Shown: one piece after another, positions 1 to 10,700 of the stretch
How the letters are laid out: the number at the start of each line of letters is the position of its first letter
Numbering within the stretch: position 1 is the first letter of the stretch
Source: an uncultured bacterium
GTDB lineage: Bacteria; Auribacterota; Erginobacteria; Erginobacterales; Erginobacteraceae
Direction of reading: 5' to 3'
Length of the DNA stretch: 64,000 bases
Assembly: GCA_963822585.1 (NCBI GenBank)
Contig: CAWGIE010000035.1
Location: 32,001-96,000 of the forward strand
Position numbers and translations under genes: made by a program
Notes under the pieces: generated by a model
Told to the model about the DNA's origin: nothing
Seen by the model: only the letters and a program-made list of their open reading frames with translations
Database searches by the model: none

Positions 1-1
1 G

Positions 2-997
2 ACGGCGACCCTGCTCAGCTCGGGCCTCCAGCTGGTTCAGACCCTCAACGCGCTGATCGATCAGCTGGAGAAAAGCCCCCTGAAGAGGGTGATCATCAAA
101 GTCCGTGATGATGTCAACGCGGGGGTTACCTTTGCCGCCGCGCTCCGGCGGTTCCCCCGGATCTTCCCGCCCTTGTATACCAACATGATCCAGGCCGGGG
201 AAGCGGCCGGCGCCCTCGAGATCGTCCTTGAACGTCTGGCCGATCTGACGGAGAAGAACGTGAAGATGCGCAATCACATCCGGTCGGTCATGGTGTACCC
301 GATCCTGGTCGCCTGCATCGGGGTCGGGGTAATCATTTTTCTCCTGGTCAAGGTAGTCCCCACCATCACCAGCATTTTTTCCGAAACCCAGCAGGCGCTC
401 CCCCTGCCCACGGTCGTTCTCCTCGATATCAGCGACTTCATGAGAGGATACTGGTGGGCGCTTGTCTTCATCGCCGGCGGACTGTACTTTATCTTCACTT
501 TCTGGAAAAAGGGCCCGCGGGGAAGGTCCTTTATCGACCGGCTCAAGCTCCGGCTCCCTCTCTTCGGACCGCTGATCCGGAAGATCGCCGTCGTCAGATT
601 TACCCGGACCCTGGCCACCCTGCTTTCCAGCGGCGCCCCTCTGATCGAATCCCTGGGGATCGTCAGGAACATCGTCAACAATACTTCCATCGCCGGTTCC
701 ATCGACAAGGCGATCGAGTCCATCAGAGCCGGTCAGTCCATCGCCGGCCCTTTCCGGAAAAGCCGTGTCTTCCCGCCAATCGTGGTGCATATGATTTCGG
801 TTGGAGAAACCAGCGGCGCCCTGGAGCCGATGCTGGAGAAAATCGCCCAGTCTTATGAAGATGAGGTGGAGACGACCGTCGGTGCGATGACATCTCTTCT
901 GGAGCCGATCATGATCGTGGTCATGGGAGTGGTAGTCGGCTATATCGTTCTTTCGATACTTCTGCCCATTTTCCAGATGAGCCAGGCGATCGGTTAG
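2..997 (+). CDS. gspF: Type II secretion inner-membrane platform protein F (5'-truncated by window edge)
   Basis: Frame open from base 2; AGEAAGAL and VGETSGALEPML repeats, LEPIMIVVMG C-terminal TM; first gene of the pseudopilin cluster. Confidence 0.95.
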   Translation, partial: TATLLSSGLQLVQTLNALIDQLEKSPLKRVIIKVRDDVNAGVTFAAALRRFPRIFPPLYTNMIQAGEAAGALEIVLERLADLTEKNVKMRNHIRSVMVYPILVACIGVGVIIFLLVKVVPTITSIFSETQQALPLPTVVLLDISDFMRGYWWALVFIAGGLYFIFTFWKKGPRGRSFIDRLKLRLPLFGPLIRKIAVVRFTRTLATLLSSGAPLIESLGIVRNIVNNTSIAGSIDKAIESIRAGQSIAGPFRKSRVFPPIVVHMISVGETSGALEPMLEKIAQSYEDEVETTVGAMTSLLEPIMIVVMGVVVGYIVLSILLPIFQMSQAIG

Positions 998-998
998 A

Positions 999-1156
999 AA
1001 AGTGCCTAAAGTTTGAAGTTTGAAGTGCCTAAAGTTAAAAGAGTGCCTAACGCTGGAAATTATTGATTCGCGATTCTTAAAAATCGCTAAAAAATAAAGC
1101 TGGCAAAAAAGTGACAACGTATTAATCCCTTAACTTTAGGCACTTTAGGCACTTTC
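999..1156. repeat. Inverted tandem-repeat element (AAGTGCCTAA units ... TTAGGCACTT units)
   Basis: aagtgcctaaagtt units at ~999-1050 and their reverse complement taactttaggcactttaggcactt at ~1131-1154; same family at 7581-7623. Confidence 0.85.
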
Positions 1157-1173
1157 ATACGAGGAGGTAGAAA

Positions 1174-1594
1174 ATGATAAACAAGAAAGGAAACAATATT
1201 TCCGCGGTGTCACGGTTTCACACTGGTTGAGCTCATGGTGGTGATCGCGATTATCGGGTTCCTGGCCGCCATTATCGTGCCCAAGTTCTTCCAGCAGATC
1301 GGGAAAGGTCAGCGCGGCGCCGCCCAGGCGGAGATCAGGCAGATCGAGGTATCTCTGGGGATGTATTTCGCCGACAACTATTCCTACCCCAGTTCGCTCT
1401 CGGAACTGGTCCCCAAATATTTGCCGCGGGAGCCGAGGGATCCCTGGAAAAATCCCTATTATTATAATCCCACCAGTCAGCATAACCAGGAATTCGACCT
1501 GGCATCTTTCGGAAAAGACGGGGCGGCGGGAGGCACCGGCGACAACGAAGACGTAACGAATTGGAACGCAGCGGGTGAGGAAGGACAACAATAG
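1174..1594 (+). CDS. gspG: T2SS major pseudopilin G (1-nt frameshift in leader, probably an assembly error)
   Basis: GAGGAGG RBS with ATG at 1174; GFTLVELMVV prepilin motif at 1214 is in a different frame; DPWKNPYYY and SFGKDG..GG...D GspG motifs. Confidence 0.9.
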
Positions 1595-1598
1595 TAAA

Positions 1599-1790
1599 AA
1601 CGAACGTCGAACGTCGAACGCTCAACGTCGAACAAAGGGGCGCTGCCGCGGGATCAACTTCCCGGCATCATAAAGAATGAACGTCGGACATAGATGAATG
1701 ACGAAACCCGAATGACGAAACCCGAATCCCGAATGCCGAATGCCGAAAGGTGCCCGTCAACTGTCAACCGACAACCGTCAACCGTCTCCC
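1599..1790. repeat. Mosaic of short tandem repeats (AACGTCG; CCGAATG/ACGAA; CCGTCAA)
   Basis: aacgtcgaacgtcgaacgctcaacgtcgaac, aatgacgaaacccgaatgacgaaacccgaatcccgaatgccgaatgccgaa, ccgtcaactgtcaaccgacaaccgtcaacc. Confidence 0.85.
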
Positions 1791-2275
1791 GGGGCGGGTT
1801 CACGCTGATCGAACTCTCCGTGGTCCTGATCCTGATCGGCGTGGTTTTTATGATTATGTCCCCGAAGCTGGCGGGTTTGTTTTCGGGGCGCCGGCTGAAG
1901 GGGTTCTGCCGGGAGCTGGCCGGCACTCTTGACTATACCCGTTCCCGGGCGATCATCGAGGGTCGTTCCCAGACTTTTTATATCGACCGCGAAAAACAGG
2001 AATACTGGATCGGCCGTCCGGATGAAGAGAGCAATGATTTCGGCGGGCGCGATGAGGAGGCCGCGATCAGAAAGTGGAAAATGCCCGAAGGCATCAGCAT
2101 AAAACGACTGGAACTCGGCACCCGGGTCGTCGACCGGTTCAAACCCGTCATCAGGTTTTATCCGCGGGGGAACTCCAATGGAGCGGAGATTTTCCTGGAA
2201 ACCGTTCAGGGCGACCGGGCTGAGATCAAGGTCAAACCTTTCACCGGGAGATCGGAGGTCATCATCGAGCAGTGA
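1694..2275 (+). CDS. gspH: T2SS minor pseudopilin H (GspH/FimT-like); start uncertain
   Basis: GFTLIELSVVL prepilin motif; FYPRG and V.PFTGR C-terminal motifs; follows gspG. Confidence 0.85.
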   Translation: MNDETRMTKPESRMPNAERCPSTVNRQPSTVSRGGFTLIELSVVLILIGVVFMIMSPKLAGLFSGRRLKGFCRELAGTLDYTRSRAIIEGRSQTFYIDREKQEYWIGRPDEESNDFGGRDEEAAIRKWKMPEGISIKRLELGTRVVDRFKPVIRFYPRGNSNGAEIFLETVQGDRAEIKVKPFTGRSEVIIEQ

Positions 2276-2787
2276 GAGAACGCAGCCCGCGAACAAACAA
2301 ATTCCGATGGGCCGGCAACCCTTTCCGGAAACGGCCTTCTCGATCGGATGGAAGCGATGGGTTCACCCTTCTCGAAGTGATGATCGCGGTCGCCGTGATG
2401 GCCGTGGGGGTGGTCCCCCTGCTGGTGGTGCATGGCTCCACGGTCGGCAATCTTCGCCGGTCTCGGGAGATGACCCAGTCCGTTCTTTTGGCCCGGAGCC
2501 GGATGGCCATGCTGGAGACGCTTGGCTTTGACGCCCTGGAGAATGAAGACACTTCCGATCCGGCCGCTTTGTTGGCCGACGAGAACAATGAGACACCGGC
2601 GTATCTAACGGTTGAAGAAGCGGTGGAGGAGGTCGAGCCGCTGCTGCTGATCCAGGCGGACATCGGCGTTGTTCCGAAGTTTGTAGCCGCGGCCAAGGAA
2701 GATAAGCGCGCGGGTGTAAAGGTCGTGACCGATATCCCGAGCCTTTATTTCGAACCCCCGGAAGAAGAAGCGACTGGTGAGGAGTAA
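2272..2787 (+). CDS. gspI: T2SS minor pseudopilin I
   Basis: GFTLLEVMIAVAV; GTGA overlap with gspH stop; gene order. Confidence 0.8.
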   Translation: MRERSPRTNKFRWAGNPFRKRPSRSDGSDGFTLLEVMIAVAVMAVGVVPLLVVHGSTVGNLRRSREMTQSVLLARSRMAMLETLGFDALENEDTSDPAALLADENNETPAYLTVEEAVEEVEPLLLIQADIGVVPKFVAAAKEDKRAGVKVVTDIPSLYFEPPEEEATGEE

Positions 2788-2792
2788 CCGCG

Positions 2793-3509
2793 GTGTTCGT
2801 CAGGCAGTCAACCCGGTTCGTATCGCTGAAGAGGGAGAGGGGGTTCACCATTATCGAGATCCTGATCGCGGTCACTCTGGGGGCGGTGATTCTCGCCACC
2901 GTGTATGGAGCGTACCATATGGTGGTCAAGACGACGATGAACTACAGCCGGGTGTCCGATACTTATCAGACCGCCCGGATTGTCCTGGATACGATGGCGA
3001 AGGAGATCAGCGGGGCCTATCAGCCGCTCTTCGCTGAAAGGGGAAAGATGTTTCTGGGGGTTGACGAGTGGTACGCGGGTTTGGAGAACGATACGCTGAG
3101 CATGGTGACGACAACCTGTATCAGTGGAGGCGAGGTGGAGACCGGGTACGACACCTATGAGACGACCTATTACCTGGGCCGGGGGGATGAGGACGGCCTT
3201 CTCTACATGAAGACGGCCCCGTATTTTAATCTGGAGGAACCGTTCAAAGAAGGGGAAGAGGTTGTCCTGGCGGAGAACGTTCGCTCGCTGGATTTCAAAT
3301 ATTATGACGGAACGGAATGGGTGGAAGCCTGGGGCGGCGAACCCCAGGCGGTCGTGGAAGATGAGGAGACGCCGGCTCTCCCCTACGGGGTGCGGATCAC
3401 GATCTCGATCGGAACCGCGGAAGAGAAAGAACCGGCCCGCTTCAGCACGATCGCCTTTCTGCCCATGACCCCCCGGATGAAAAAGGAGGAAGAGGCAGCA
3501 GTGGAATGA
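2793..3509 (+). CDS. gspJ: T2SS minor pseudopilin J
   Basis: GFTIIEILIAV; LDFKYYDG.EW...W and LPYGVRITI GspJ motifs. Confidence 0.85.
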   Translation: MFVRQSTRFVSLKRERGFTIIEILIAVTLGAVILATVYGAYHMVVKTTMNYSRVSDTYQTARIVLDTMAKEISGAYQPLFAERGKMFLGVDEWYAGLENDTLSMVTTTCISGGEVETGYDTYETTYYLGRGDEDGLLYMKTAPYFNLEEPFKEGEEVVLAENVRSLDFKYYDGTEWVEAWGGEPQAVVEDEETPALPYGVRITISIGTAEEKEPARFSTIAFLPMTPRMKKEEEAAVE

Positions 3510-3627
3510 CGAAATCCGAATGACGAATGACGAATGAGCCGCCGTCGCCCTTCGGGCTTGGCGGGTAGGCGAAGTCCGAATACTGATCACTGATTACCGA
3601 TTACCGATTACTGATTACTGATTACCG
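3504..3627. repeat. Short tandem repeats (AATGACG; GATTACC/GATTACT)
   Basis: gaatgacgaaatccgaatgacgaatgacgaatg and ctgattaccgattaccgattactgattactgattacc; reverse complement of the latter at 19483-19519. Confidence 0.85.
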
Positions 3628-3635
3628 GTATTATC

Positions 3636-4967
3636 ATGTACAGCAATCAACAAGGTCGACCGAAAACCGACCGCCAGACGGGCGTGGTTCTCCTGACGGT
3701 TGTGCTGGTGATCGCCCTGTTGGGGGTCCTGGTCATGGAGTATAATTATCTGAGCGCTCTCGATGTGAAGATGGCCGCGGGCGCCCGGGACAATCTGGAG
3801 GCATTCTACCTGGCCCAGGCGGGTATCGGCCGGGCCATCTATCTGCTGGAGGAAGATAAGTTGGAAGAGCTGAAGCAAGAGCAGGCCGCTGAAACAGCGG
3901 CCGGGGTGCAGAAAAATGTTTCCAGCGAAGATGAGGAATCAGGTGTCGACAGTCTTGACGAGGCCTGGGCGGTCCCCCAGAAACCGGAGTCCCTCGGTTC
4001 GGGAACGTATTACTTCCGGATTATAGACGAGGAACGGAAATTCAACCTGAATCTCATTCTTAAAGACGCGGTGGAAGAAATTGCCGCGGCCCGGGCGAAA
4101 GCCGCGGGTATAGATCAGGAGGAGGAAGCGGAGAAGGGAAAATCCGACGAGGAGAAGAAAAAAGACGCAGAGAAAAAAGACGAGGAAAAAAAGAAAGAAG
4201 ACGAAATAAAGAATAAAGAGGAAAAGCCGGCGGATGAGAGTCGCGATGAAGAGAAGGACGAAATCAAGGTAGATGATGAATCTCCCGAGTACCTGGCGCT
4301 CACGCTTCTTTTAGAAAAAATTCGGGCCGAGGCCGATGAAGCGGATGGGATCGATCCCTTTGCCCGCTCCCTCTTTGACACCCCGAAAGGAACCATGGAA
4401 GCCCTTGTCGACTGGATAGAGGACGACACGGCCGGAGGGGGGGATGCCATTGAGCGCAGCGGTCCCCTGGAGACCTTCGGAGAACTGGCCCTGCTCAAGG
4501 ACATGAGCCGGGTGATGCTGCTGGGATCGCCACGCCGGGAAAAAATAAAAGTGCCGAAAGATGAGGAAGAGCTGGAGTTGATCAATCCCTGGGCGGTGAA
4601 ACCTTTCCGGGGACTCAAGGCTTGTCTGACCGTTTATGGGGATGGAAAGGTTAACATCAACACCGCCTCCAAAGAGGTGCTGGAGATCATGCTCCAGGAC
4701 GAGGATGACGACCAGATGGATCTGGCTGACGATATCATCGCCGCCAGAGAGGAACTTCCTTTCGAGGCCGTCGAGTCGGTGAACGACGATGAGTACCTGA
4801 GCGAGAAGATCAAGGATAAATTTCTCGAGCGCTTTAAAGTCAGCAGCGAGTATTTCGATATTCTTTCCGAGGGGAGGGTTGGGGAGACGACCGCCCGGAT
4901 CAGTGCGGTTGTCCAGCGTTTAAAAAACCGGATTGTGATCTGCTACTGGCGTTACGACGGCCGGTAA
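3636..4967 (+). CDS. gspK: T2SS minor pseudopilin K
   Basis: GVVLLTVVLVIALL N-terminus, DEERKFNLN, LVDWI, KVNINTAS, V.SEYF motifs; long D/E/K-rich insertion. Confidence 0.9.
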   Translation: MYSNQQGRPKTDRQTGVVLLTVVLVIALLGVLVMEYNYLSALDVKMAAGARDNLEAFYLAQAGIGRAIYLLEEDKLEELKQEQAAETAAGVQKNVSSEDEESGVDSLDEAWAVPQKPESLGSGTYYFRIIDEERKFNLNLILKDAVEEIAAARAKAAGIDQEEEAEKGKSDEEKKKDAEKKDEEKKKEDEIKNKEEKPADESRDEEKDEIKVDDESPEYLALTLLLEKIRAEADEADGIDPFARSLFDTPKGTMEALVDWIEDDTAGGGDAIERSGPLETFGELALLKDMSRVMLLGSPRREKIKVPKDEEELELINPWAVKPFRGLKACLTVYGDGKVNINTASKEVLEIMLQDEDDDQMDLADDIIAAREELPFEAVESVNDDEYLSEKIKDKFLERFKVSSEYFDILSEGRVGETTARISAVVQRLKNRIVICYWRYDGR

Positions 4968-5025
4968 TAATGGTGTCATGCAGGACAAGAAGTGCTTAAA
5001 GGGGATCAAAGTCAGTGACACGGGG

Positions 5026-5093
5026 TAATGATGTAATGGAGTAATGGAGTAGATTGGAGTGATGGTCCGACCTTCCAACACTCCAACACTCCT
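5026..5093. repeat. Inverted tandem repeat (GGAGTAAT-type ... CACTCCAA-type)
   Basis: gtaatggagtaatggagtagattggagtgatgg followed by ccaacactccaacactcc; similar arm at ~51285-51315. Confidence 0.7.
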
Positions 5094-5164
5094 TGCATTA
5101 TCCGCAGAGCAACGAGGAATTGACCAACTGGGGTGGAACAGGCGGGGGATATAGCGTAACAATT

Positions 5165-6835
5165 ATGAAAAAGCTTAAATTTCTACAGAACGGGTCGGGT
5201 TCGGCCCCCAGCTGCCGCGCGATCGATATCGGGACCACGGGTATCCGGATCGTCGCCCTGAAGAAATGGGGAAAAAAAGCTCGGCTGACCGACCTCCGTG
5301 AACACGCCATCCCCCGGGATTGTCCGGGCGGGGCCTCCCCCGAGATTGTGTTGGATGTTCTCCGGTCACAGGTCCGGGGCAAGAAGTTCAAGGAGGAAAT
5401 CATCTCCACCGCCCTGCCGATTCATCAGATATTCGTGCGGAGCCTGGAGCTGCCGTTCAGCAAGATCTCCCAGATACGGCAGGTGATTGCCGCGGAGGCG
5501 GAACTCCATGTCCCCTTTCCCCTGGAGCAGGTTGTCATTGACTTCTGGCCGGTTGAGGAACTGGAAGGAGAAAAGACCCGGGTGATCATGATGGCGGCCA
5601 AGAAGACGGTCTTGGAGGACCATCTCCGGATGTTGGCCGCCGTCGGCATCGATCCGACGAAGGTGAACGTAGATCTGCTTGGATTCTGCCGGGCCTGTAC
5701 CTGTTCATCGCACCTCCCTCCCGACGAAGTGACGATGCTCCTGGAGATCGGGGCTGTTCATACCGGTGTGGCCTTTTTTGCCGGGGGATCGGTGGTTTCA
5801 CTGAGGAGTTTTTCCTGGGGTGGGGATACGGTGACATCCCTGATCATGCAGGAGATGGGATGCGGTTTCACCGAAGCGGAGGCGATGAAAATTACCGCCT
5901 CTGCTCTCCCGGGCGGCGATGACCGGCTCGCGAAAGCAGGCGCCGCCGCCTACAGCCGTCTGGAAACGGAACTGCTGCGGACGATCAGCTCCGCGTCCGC
6001 GGCCACGGGCGGCCGGATGCCGCGGCACCTCATTCTCTGCGGGGGAGGAGGGCAGCAAGCCGGATTCGCCGATTACCTGTCCCGCCGGCTCGATCTTTCC
6101 CTTCTGGAGCTAAAGCCGTTTTCCGAAGTCGTTTCCCGAAAGTTTCCAAACCGTCCGCCGACCGCCTGTGGAGCCTTGGGGTTGGCCCTGAGTGAAATTA
6201 CCCCCCCTCCGGCCCGGGTTGATTTTCGCCGGGAGGAGTTTACATTCGAGGGCTCCTGGAAAAAGATCCGTCGCCGGCTTTTCATTACCGCCGGCCTGGG
6301 GGCGGTTTTGATCATCATGCTGGCCCTGGGCTTGTTCTGGAAAATTCGGCTGGAAGAGAAAGCTTCGGAAGTCCTGGCCCGGCGGATCCGGATGATCGTC
6401 CGCCGCAACTTCCCGGACGCTCCCGTTCCTCCTCCCGGGGAAGAACTGAAGGCGATGCAAGAAGGGGTGGAGACGGCCGGTCAAAAACTGAAAGTGTATA
6501 ACGACCTGGTATCCGTCTCTTCGCTCGATGTGCTCAGAGAGATCAGCGCGATCATCCCCGAAAACATCAAGGTCCAGGTGGTGATTATGGACATCGATGA
6601 CAAACGGGTGCTTTTCAGAGGAAGGACCGGAAACTATCGTTCGATGGAATTGATCAAGAATTCTCTGGCCAAATCGGATTACTTTGAGGGTGATAAGATC
6701 CGGGAATCGAAAGAGGCGAAGACCCTGGAGAAGAACGGCCAATTGCAGACCGTGGAGTTCGAATACTATATCCCCCTCGTTTCCCCGGATAAAGCCGGCC
6801 CGGCGGTTAACCGCGCCGGCGGGAATCCCGGTTGA
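5165..6835 (+). CDS. gspL: T2SS protein L (PilM-like actin-fold domain, TM, PilN-like periplasmic domain)
   Basis: AIDIGT, LEIGA.HT and LILCGGG actin-fold motifs; VDFRREEF then one TM; between gspK and gspM. Confidence 0.85.
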   Translation: MKKLKFLQNGSGSAPSCRAIDIGTTGIRIVALKKWGKKARLTDLREHAIPRDCPGGASPEIVLDVLRSQVRGKKFKEEIISTALPIHQIFVRSLELPFSKISQIRQVIAAEAELHVPFPLEQVVIDFWPVEELEGEKTRVIMMAAKKTVLEDHLRMLAAVGIDPTKVNVDLLGFCRACTCSSHLPPDEVTMLLEIGAVHTGVAFFAGGSVVSLRSFSWGGDTVTSLIMQEMGCGFTEAEAMKITASALPGGDDRLAKAGAAAYSRLETELLRTISSASAATGGRMPRHLILCGGGGQQAGFADYLSRRLDLSLLELKPFSEVVSRKFPNRPPTACGALGLALSEITPPPARVDFRREEFTFEGSWKKIRRRLFITAGLGAVLIIMLALGLFWKIRLEEKASEVLARRIRMIVRRNFPDAPVPPPGEELKAMQEGVETAGQKLKVYNDLVSVSSLDVLREISAIIPENIKVQVVIMDIDDKRVLFRGRTGNYRSMELIKNSLAKSDYFEGDKIRESKEAKTLEKNGQLQTVEFEYYIPLVSPDKAGPAVNRAGGNPG

Positions 6836-6917
6836 TGCCGATGGGGCGACAGCCGGAAGCGTCGCCCGAGACGGCGACGTATTAATCATATTAAAATATT
6901 TACGGAGTAAAAATTTT

Positions 6918-7472
6918 ATGGGACTGAAAAAAAGAGAAAAGCGCACCTTGATTATGGGGGGCGTGGCGGCCGTGGCCATTTTTCTTCTCTGGTTTTTCTA
7001 TCTCTCGGATAATTCTTTGTATAACCGCTGGGTGAACTTGGGCGAGAAGGTGTCTATCCAGGAGAACGTTCTGAGCAAGATGACCCTTCTCCAGGCGAAG
7101 AATCGCCGCCTCCAGCAGGAGATCGGGGTCGTCACCGACCGGATGTCTACCGCCGAACCGGGCCGCACGCTGAAAGGCTTTCTGGAAAACCTGATCAAGG
7201 AGCAGGCCCCCGACGCCAAGTTGCGGCGGATGCCGTCCCGCTCCTCCACGGCCGAAGGCCTCTATCGGCAGACTTTCGTGACCGTCGACCTGGAGCATGT
7301 GACTGTCCCTGAACTGGTGAATATCATGGCCGCCATGGAGTCGTCTCCGGAAGAGCTGAAGGTGCAGCAGTTGAAGATCACTCTGGGCCGTTCCGATGAA
7401 GAAAGCTTGGACGCCATCATCACCGCCGTTTCCGCCGCCCCGGTGAAACAGACGAACAAGCAGCCGGAATAA
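6918..7472 (+). CDS. gspM: T2SS protein M
   Basis: L..REKR followed by a TM helix, coiled coil and periplasmic domain; follows gspL. Confidence 0.75.
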   Translation: MGLKKREKRTLIMGGVAAVAIFLLWFFYLSDNSLYNRWVNLGEKVSIQENVLSKMTLLQAKNRRLQQEIGVVTDRMSTAEPGRTLKGFLENLIKEQAPDAKLRRMPSRSSTAEGLYRQTFVTVDLEHVTVPELVNIMAAMESSPEELKVQQLKITLGRSDEESLDAIITAVSAAPVKQTNKQPE

Positions 7473-7580
7473 AATAATTACACTTGAAGCCGCGCCGGAG
7501 GCGCTAATTTAATGTTTCGGAATTTCAATCACTGTAAAATTAATAAACAATTTAGCGTTGTGCCATTAGAGCCGAGGAGT

Positions 7581-7623
7581 TTTTAACTTTAGGCACTTTA
7601 GGCACTTTTAACTTTAGGCACTT
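7581..7623. repeat. TTAGGCACTT tandem repeat (single arm)
   Basis: ttttaactttaggcactttaggcacttttaactttaggcactt. Confidence 0.8.
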
Positions 7624-7720
7624 AAGAACGTTGCCCGAGCGAAGCGAGGGCTAAGTTCTCTTAATGTGATATAATTTTGAAATGGGATGTGAATCAGCAA
7701 AGGGAGATACGGTGAGAGAG

Positions 7721-10700
7721 ATGAGAGAAAGGGTAGTCAATGGCGGTCGTCCGCTGGCGTCCGCGGTGGTGCTGATCGGAATGATACTTCTCTCTCTGCC
7801 GGGGGGAGCCGGTTACGGCCAGGTTCAGGCGTCGGCGACGCCTCCCAGCAGCCTGCCGCTACCGGCCTTGCTCCGGGCCTGGTACTGGCCCACCCCGAGC
7901 CCCTCTCCTTCGCCCACCGGGGTTGCCGTTCTCTCGCCGACCCCGAAGATGACCTCTGCGGCCTGGATTCCGCCGGAGGAGCTCTTCGCGGCCTTCGGAC
8001 CGGGCGCCCAACAGCTCTTGGGGGGCAGCACGGTTGATAAAAAGGAAATCACCATCGTCTACCCGGACCGGACCCGGATCACCTATGACGCCTATCCCGA
8101 GACCGAATACGACACGAATAAAAAAACCCTCTCTTATCCCCTGCTCATGGAAGCCTACCGGGCGGTTTTCGAGGAGATGTTCGGAATCGCCCTGACGACC
8201 CCGACCCCGGGCGCCACGCCCACCGCGGTACCGACACGGACCCCCTCGGATTACAAGACCCCGGTTCCCACCGTGACCCCTACCGCCGAAGTCCCCACTC
8301 CCACCCGGACTCCTACTCCAGCTTCCATTTTCACCCCATCTTCCACCCCCACCCCCACCCCATCTTCTACCCCCACCCCCGTAATTACCCTCACTACGAC
8401 GCCTACGGTTACCCCGGCGCCGTTAATGATCTACGACCTTGGAGACCTCTGGATCGCCCACACCCATTCTCCCGGCGCCTTGGGTTGGCGATTCAGTGTC
8501 ACCACCGCCTGGGAGTTCGAGACTGATATATTTGGAACGGTTTTTGATTCCACCAACGTGTTTAATGATCAATCCGATTTTTCTACCGAGACTGAGTCAG
8601 CAATCTGGATAGTGGCCAATAATCTTGCCGTGACCACAGATGATGGCGACTGGATAGCTCTTACTTATAATGGAATCAATTCGATTAAAGTTTATCCGCC
8701 TGCCCTTAATTCGGCTTTAGAAGAATATTTTTATATAGGATCGGATGGTTCTACCTATCATGATTTTGCGTTGACTCAACTGGCCAAGGCGGTGCCCACC
8801 CCGACGACCGCCCCGACGGCGCTGGCCGGGAGGAGAGGCGGGAAGATTCCAACCCCCCTTCCCACCGCTTCACTCTTCACGGGAACGGATTTGCCGGCAA
8901 CACCCGTTCCCGCCGCGGCTTCAACGCCCTATCAAATTGCGAGCCCGGGAACGTTCGACCTGGTCGGCGTCATCCCGGTCGGAAGCCCGGTCTGGTCTGT
9001 CTGGGCGGACGAACGATTTCTGTACGGGGGCGCCGGCGACGGCCGGGTATATATCTGGGAACGTGGCCCGGCCGGTTTCTATTTTCAGGACAGCTTCGGC
9101 GGCTATACCGACGGTAATATGTACGGTCTCTCGGGATCGGGGCCGGCCGGCAGCCGCCTTTACGGGGCCAACGCCGACGGCACCGTCTATGCCTGGAACT
9201 ATGATATCGCCGCCGACGATCTTACCCTGCTGGCCGTTCTTGACCAGGGCGGTGGGTTCATGTATTCGGTGGCGTCAGACAACTCCCTTATCTGCGGGGC
9301 CAACAATGACGGGAATATTTATCTCTGGTCCCCGGCGGATTTCAGTCTTCAGACCGTCCTGCGCCAGGGATCGGGGCCGAAGCTCTCGGTCTGCCTGGAT
9401 GACGAATATATTTATGGCGCTGGCGCCGGCGGCTCTCTCTTCATCTGGTCGAGAAAGACTCTCGACCCGGTGAACGCGTTCTCACCCTCCGACAATATCA
9501 TGTGGTCGGCCGCGGTCGACAGCTTCAACTGCTACGGCGGCGGTTCCCTTCCCGCCGTTGCCGCCTGGTCGAAAGAATCCTTCACTCTCCAGACCTCCCG
9601 CGGGGAACCCGCCGGCCCGATCGGCAGCCTCAGTTCCGACGACCGGAAATATCTTTACGGGGCCGCTCCCGACGGGGCCGTATATGCCTGGTCTCTGGCT
9701 GACTTTTCCCTCCAGACGGCTCTCCACGTGAGCGGCCTGGCGATGAACGGTGTCTTCGCCGACCGTTACCGTCCGGGTGAATCTTTTCCCCATTGTATTT
9801 TTGCCGCCTCCGCGGACGGCAATATCTATGTCTGGCGCGCGGAACGGACGCCGCCGCCCACACCGGTCCCGTCGGTCCCGCCCCTACCCACACCGAGAGC
9901 GGTGACCCCGGCCGGATCCTCCACCCCGGCGCCGGGATCTTCAGCGACGCCTCCCCCCGCCGGCGCGGGTTCTCCGGCGTCTTCCCCCACCCCGGCTCGG
10001 ACCCCGGAGGAGGGGGGCCTCTCCACCCCGCTCCCGTCCCCTTCACCGACTTTCGGGACCCGGCAGCTGGTTGTTCCGTCTCCCTCGCCGACCCCCGCTG
10101 ATTTTACCCTCCTCTCCGTTCTCTCCGGAGGAGACGGATGGATGTTCGGGGTCTATGCCGACGGAGAGTACATTTACGGAGCCAATGAAGACAAAAAGAT
10201 TTATGTCTGGAGCCGGTCTTCCTATCGGCCGGTAGGGACCCTTACCGTACCGGACTGCAAGGAAATGCTCTCCGTCTATGCCGACAGCGACTATATTTAC
10301 GGTTCCAACGATGACAGCCGGGTGTATATCTGGGACCGCCGGACTTTCAGCCTTCTCCGCGTCCTCGGGGACGGGCAGTATTACGCCGAGTCGGTCTTCG
10401 CGGACGGCGATTATCTGTATGCCGCCAACTATGACCGTTCGCTGTATCTTTGGGACCGGTCCGACTTCAGCCTGCAGACGAAGCTGGCCGGCCCCGGGGG
10501 CTGGCTGAACGCGGTATACGCCGACACGGGCCGGATCTATGCCGGCAGCGGCGGCGCCGACTATAACGTGTACCTCTGGAACCGGGAGACACAGGAGTTT
10601 CTCAAGGCCCTTTCCGGCCCGACCGATGACCTGAACTCCGTCCAGGCGGACGGCGAATACATTTACGGGGGATCGGCGGACGGCAACGTGTATCTCTGGG

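Noticed and set aside
2..7472. Type IV pilus operon instead of T2SS
   Set aside because: F-G-H-I-J-K-L-M order and GspG/GspK-specific motifs indicate type II secretion despite the PilM-like domain in L
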